Source of the DNA: Lytechinus pictus
Taxonomy: Eukaryota
Direction: 5' to 3'
Length of the DNA: 64,000 bases
NCBI RefSeq assembly: GCF_037042905.1
Contig: NC_087250.1
Location: 22,136,001-22,200,000, forward strand
A program made the translations under genes and the position numbers. Of the stretch, positions 62,480-64,000 are shown piece by piece (positions within the stretch are counted from its first letter, which is position 1; every line of letters begins with the position of its first letter). The notes below the pieces were generated by a model. That model ran no database searches and had not been told where the DNA came from. It worked only from the letters and a program-made list of their open reading frames with translations.

Positions 62480-63330
62480 GTCTCGTTAATTGTCTGTGTA
62501 TTTATTCATTCTTAACAAAAATACATGCTATTTCCATGGGTACTCCACCCTTCTCTAACTGATTCATGAAACACCAGAGATATAGATGTTACATGTCTTG
62601 GACCTTCAGCATATTTTTTTTCATAAAAACAAAGCTTATCATTCTCAGCACGCATATCAACAGCCAAGATAATTCTCACTGCCCTGTTTTGGATAGCAGC
62701 ATTTTTCCTAAGTAAAATTTTACTTTGGGCCCCCGAACAAGTAGACCATAATTTAGGTAGAGCAAAATTAAGGAAGAGCACAAAGTTTAAGGTACACTCT
62801 TCGGGAATAAAAGCTCCAGGTTATTATAAATCACACAAACATTTCTAGAAAATGCTTTAAATACATCGGTTGCACGCATATTCCAAGACAACTCATCATC
62901 AATACAGAGAAATGGGTATTTAAAACATGGTCCTTTTCTCATTATTTACCTCATCAAATGCTCCATTTTGGGGCATAACTGTCTTAGTATTACTGAATAG
63001 CATATATTTTGTTTTCGTTGAAGCAAGCGACAGTTTATCTGCGTGAATCCATTTAGTCAGTACACATGTCTCTCTCTTTAGACTTCCCAAAAAAGGGCTT
63101 TGTTGTTTCTGTGTCAACATAATGCACTTAAAAATATAATATCCACATTAAAAAATACAATCTTTTTGAAGATTTTGGAAATTATTCACATAGCCACCGC
63201 ATGTGAGGGGTAGCATACCCGATGCACATTGTTGCCTGTCAAAGGCTTTGGAATAGTCCAGGAATATACAAATTGTAAGGTGCAAATCCAGTGCAGAAGA
63301 TTTTTTTTCTAACAGGCATAAACATCATGA
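62480..63330 (-). pseudogene. Decayed CR1-like LINE reverse-transcriptase relic
   Basis: ICIFLDYSKAFD, WIHADKLSLASTKTKYMLF and IQNRAVRII remnants. Confidence 0.7.
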
Positions 63331-63362
63331 GAAGTTCACTCTAAAAATTCGAATGTTAAATC

Positions 63363-63519
63363 AACATTTGAAAGGTTTGAGGAGTGACAACCTTTTCCAA
63401 ATGTTGCATCCAACCTTGTATAATGCTGAATCCAACATTTTAAGTGTTTGGTAGAACAATTTAAAGTGGTAAATGCAACATTTAGAAAATGTTATCACTC
63501 CTCCAACCTTTCAAATGTT
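63363..63519. repeat. Short inverted repeat / small MITE
   Basis: AACATTTGAAAGGTTTGAGGAGTGAC...AATGTTGCAT mirrored by ATGCAACATT...TCACTCCTCCAACCTTTCAAATGTT. Confidence 0.7.
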
Positions 63520-64000
63520 AAGTTAATATTTCTTGTTTTTAGAGTGTTGTATGTTAACTTTATCTTGAAAACAAATTGGGAACTTGAAAAACTTGACAAG
63601 ACTTCCAAAACTGTATCAATCTCGTATATACATTTGTTTTTATACCATAGAGAAGACTGTGAGTATAGAGACTGGTCTTCAATTATCCACTTCTTCACAG
63701 TTTTCTTTTATATACACGTATAGCCACAACTTTAGCCATTAACACTTTTTCCACGAACACTCCTCCACACTAAAGACAAGTTGAAAATGTGAGAGGTAAA
63801 CCACAAATGGAATTACATCTTTCACAAAAAGACCATTTACATGATAATAAAATACTATGTTGATTGACCATAAATAACCTTTAAACTTGGACATGTGACC
63901 TGAAACTCACGCAGGAAGTTAACTGATACTTGATTACTCTTATGTCCAATTATCACGAACTAGGTCCATATGATTACTTTCTAAGTTACATGTATGAAGA

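Overview
AT-rich animal genomic DNA, most likely an invertebrate deuterostome such as a sea urchin (inferred from repeat families only). The only host gene is the 3' half of a + strand SLC6 Na+/Cl- transporter of the GABA/taurine/creatine subgroup (six exons, 31328-44883). Bases 1 to ~31170, apparently intronic to that gene, hold a tandem array of ~1.0-1.1 kb non-coding units: 17 recognisable cores plus a degenerate 18th. Each core has one hypervariable ~40-nt window. The window starts at a Y-R-N-T motif whose Y is almost always exactly 42 nt after the start of a conserved AACTAGAA motif, and it ends at AATTTTGG followed by a hairpin. This looks like an array of individually promoted small-RNA minigenes with diversified payloads (21U-piRNA-like or Sm-class guide-snRNA-like); that function is inferred, not demonstrated. 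The rest is nested mobile DNA: a Tc1 element carrying an L2-like LINE, CR1-like fragments, a SINE with a 7SL-like head, many MITEs, and a 15-kb TGT..ACA foldback element that contains an Academ-like element plus a near-full-length I/Nimb-type LINE whose family hit the same sub-repeat position three times.
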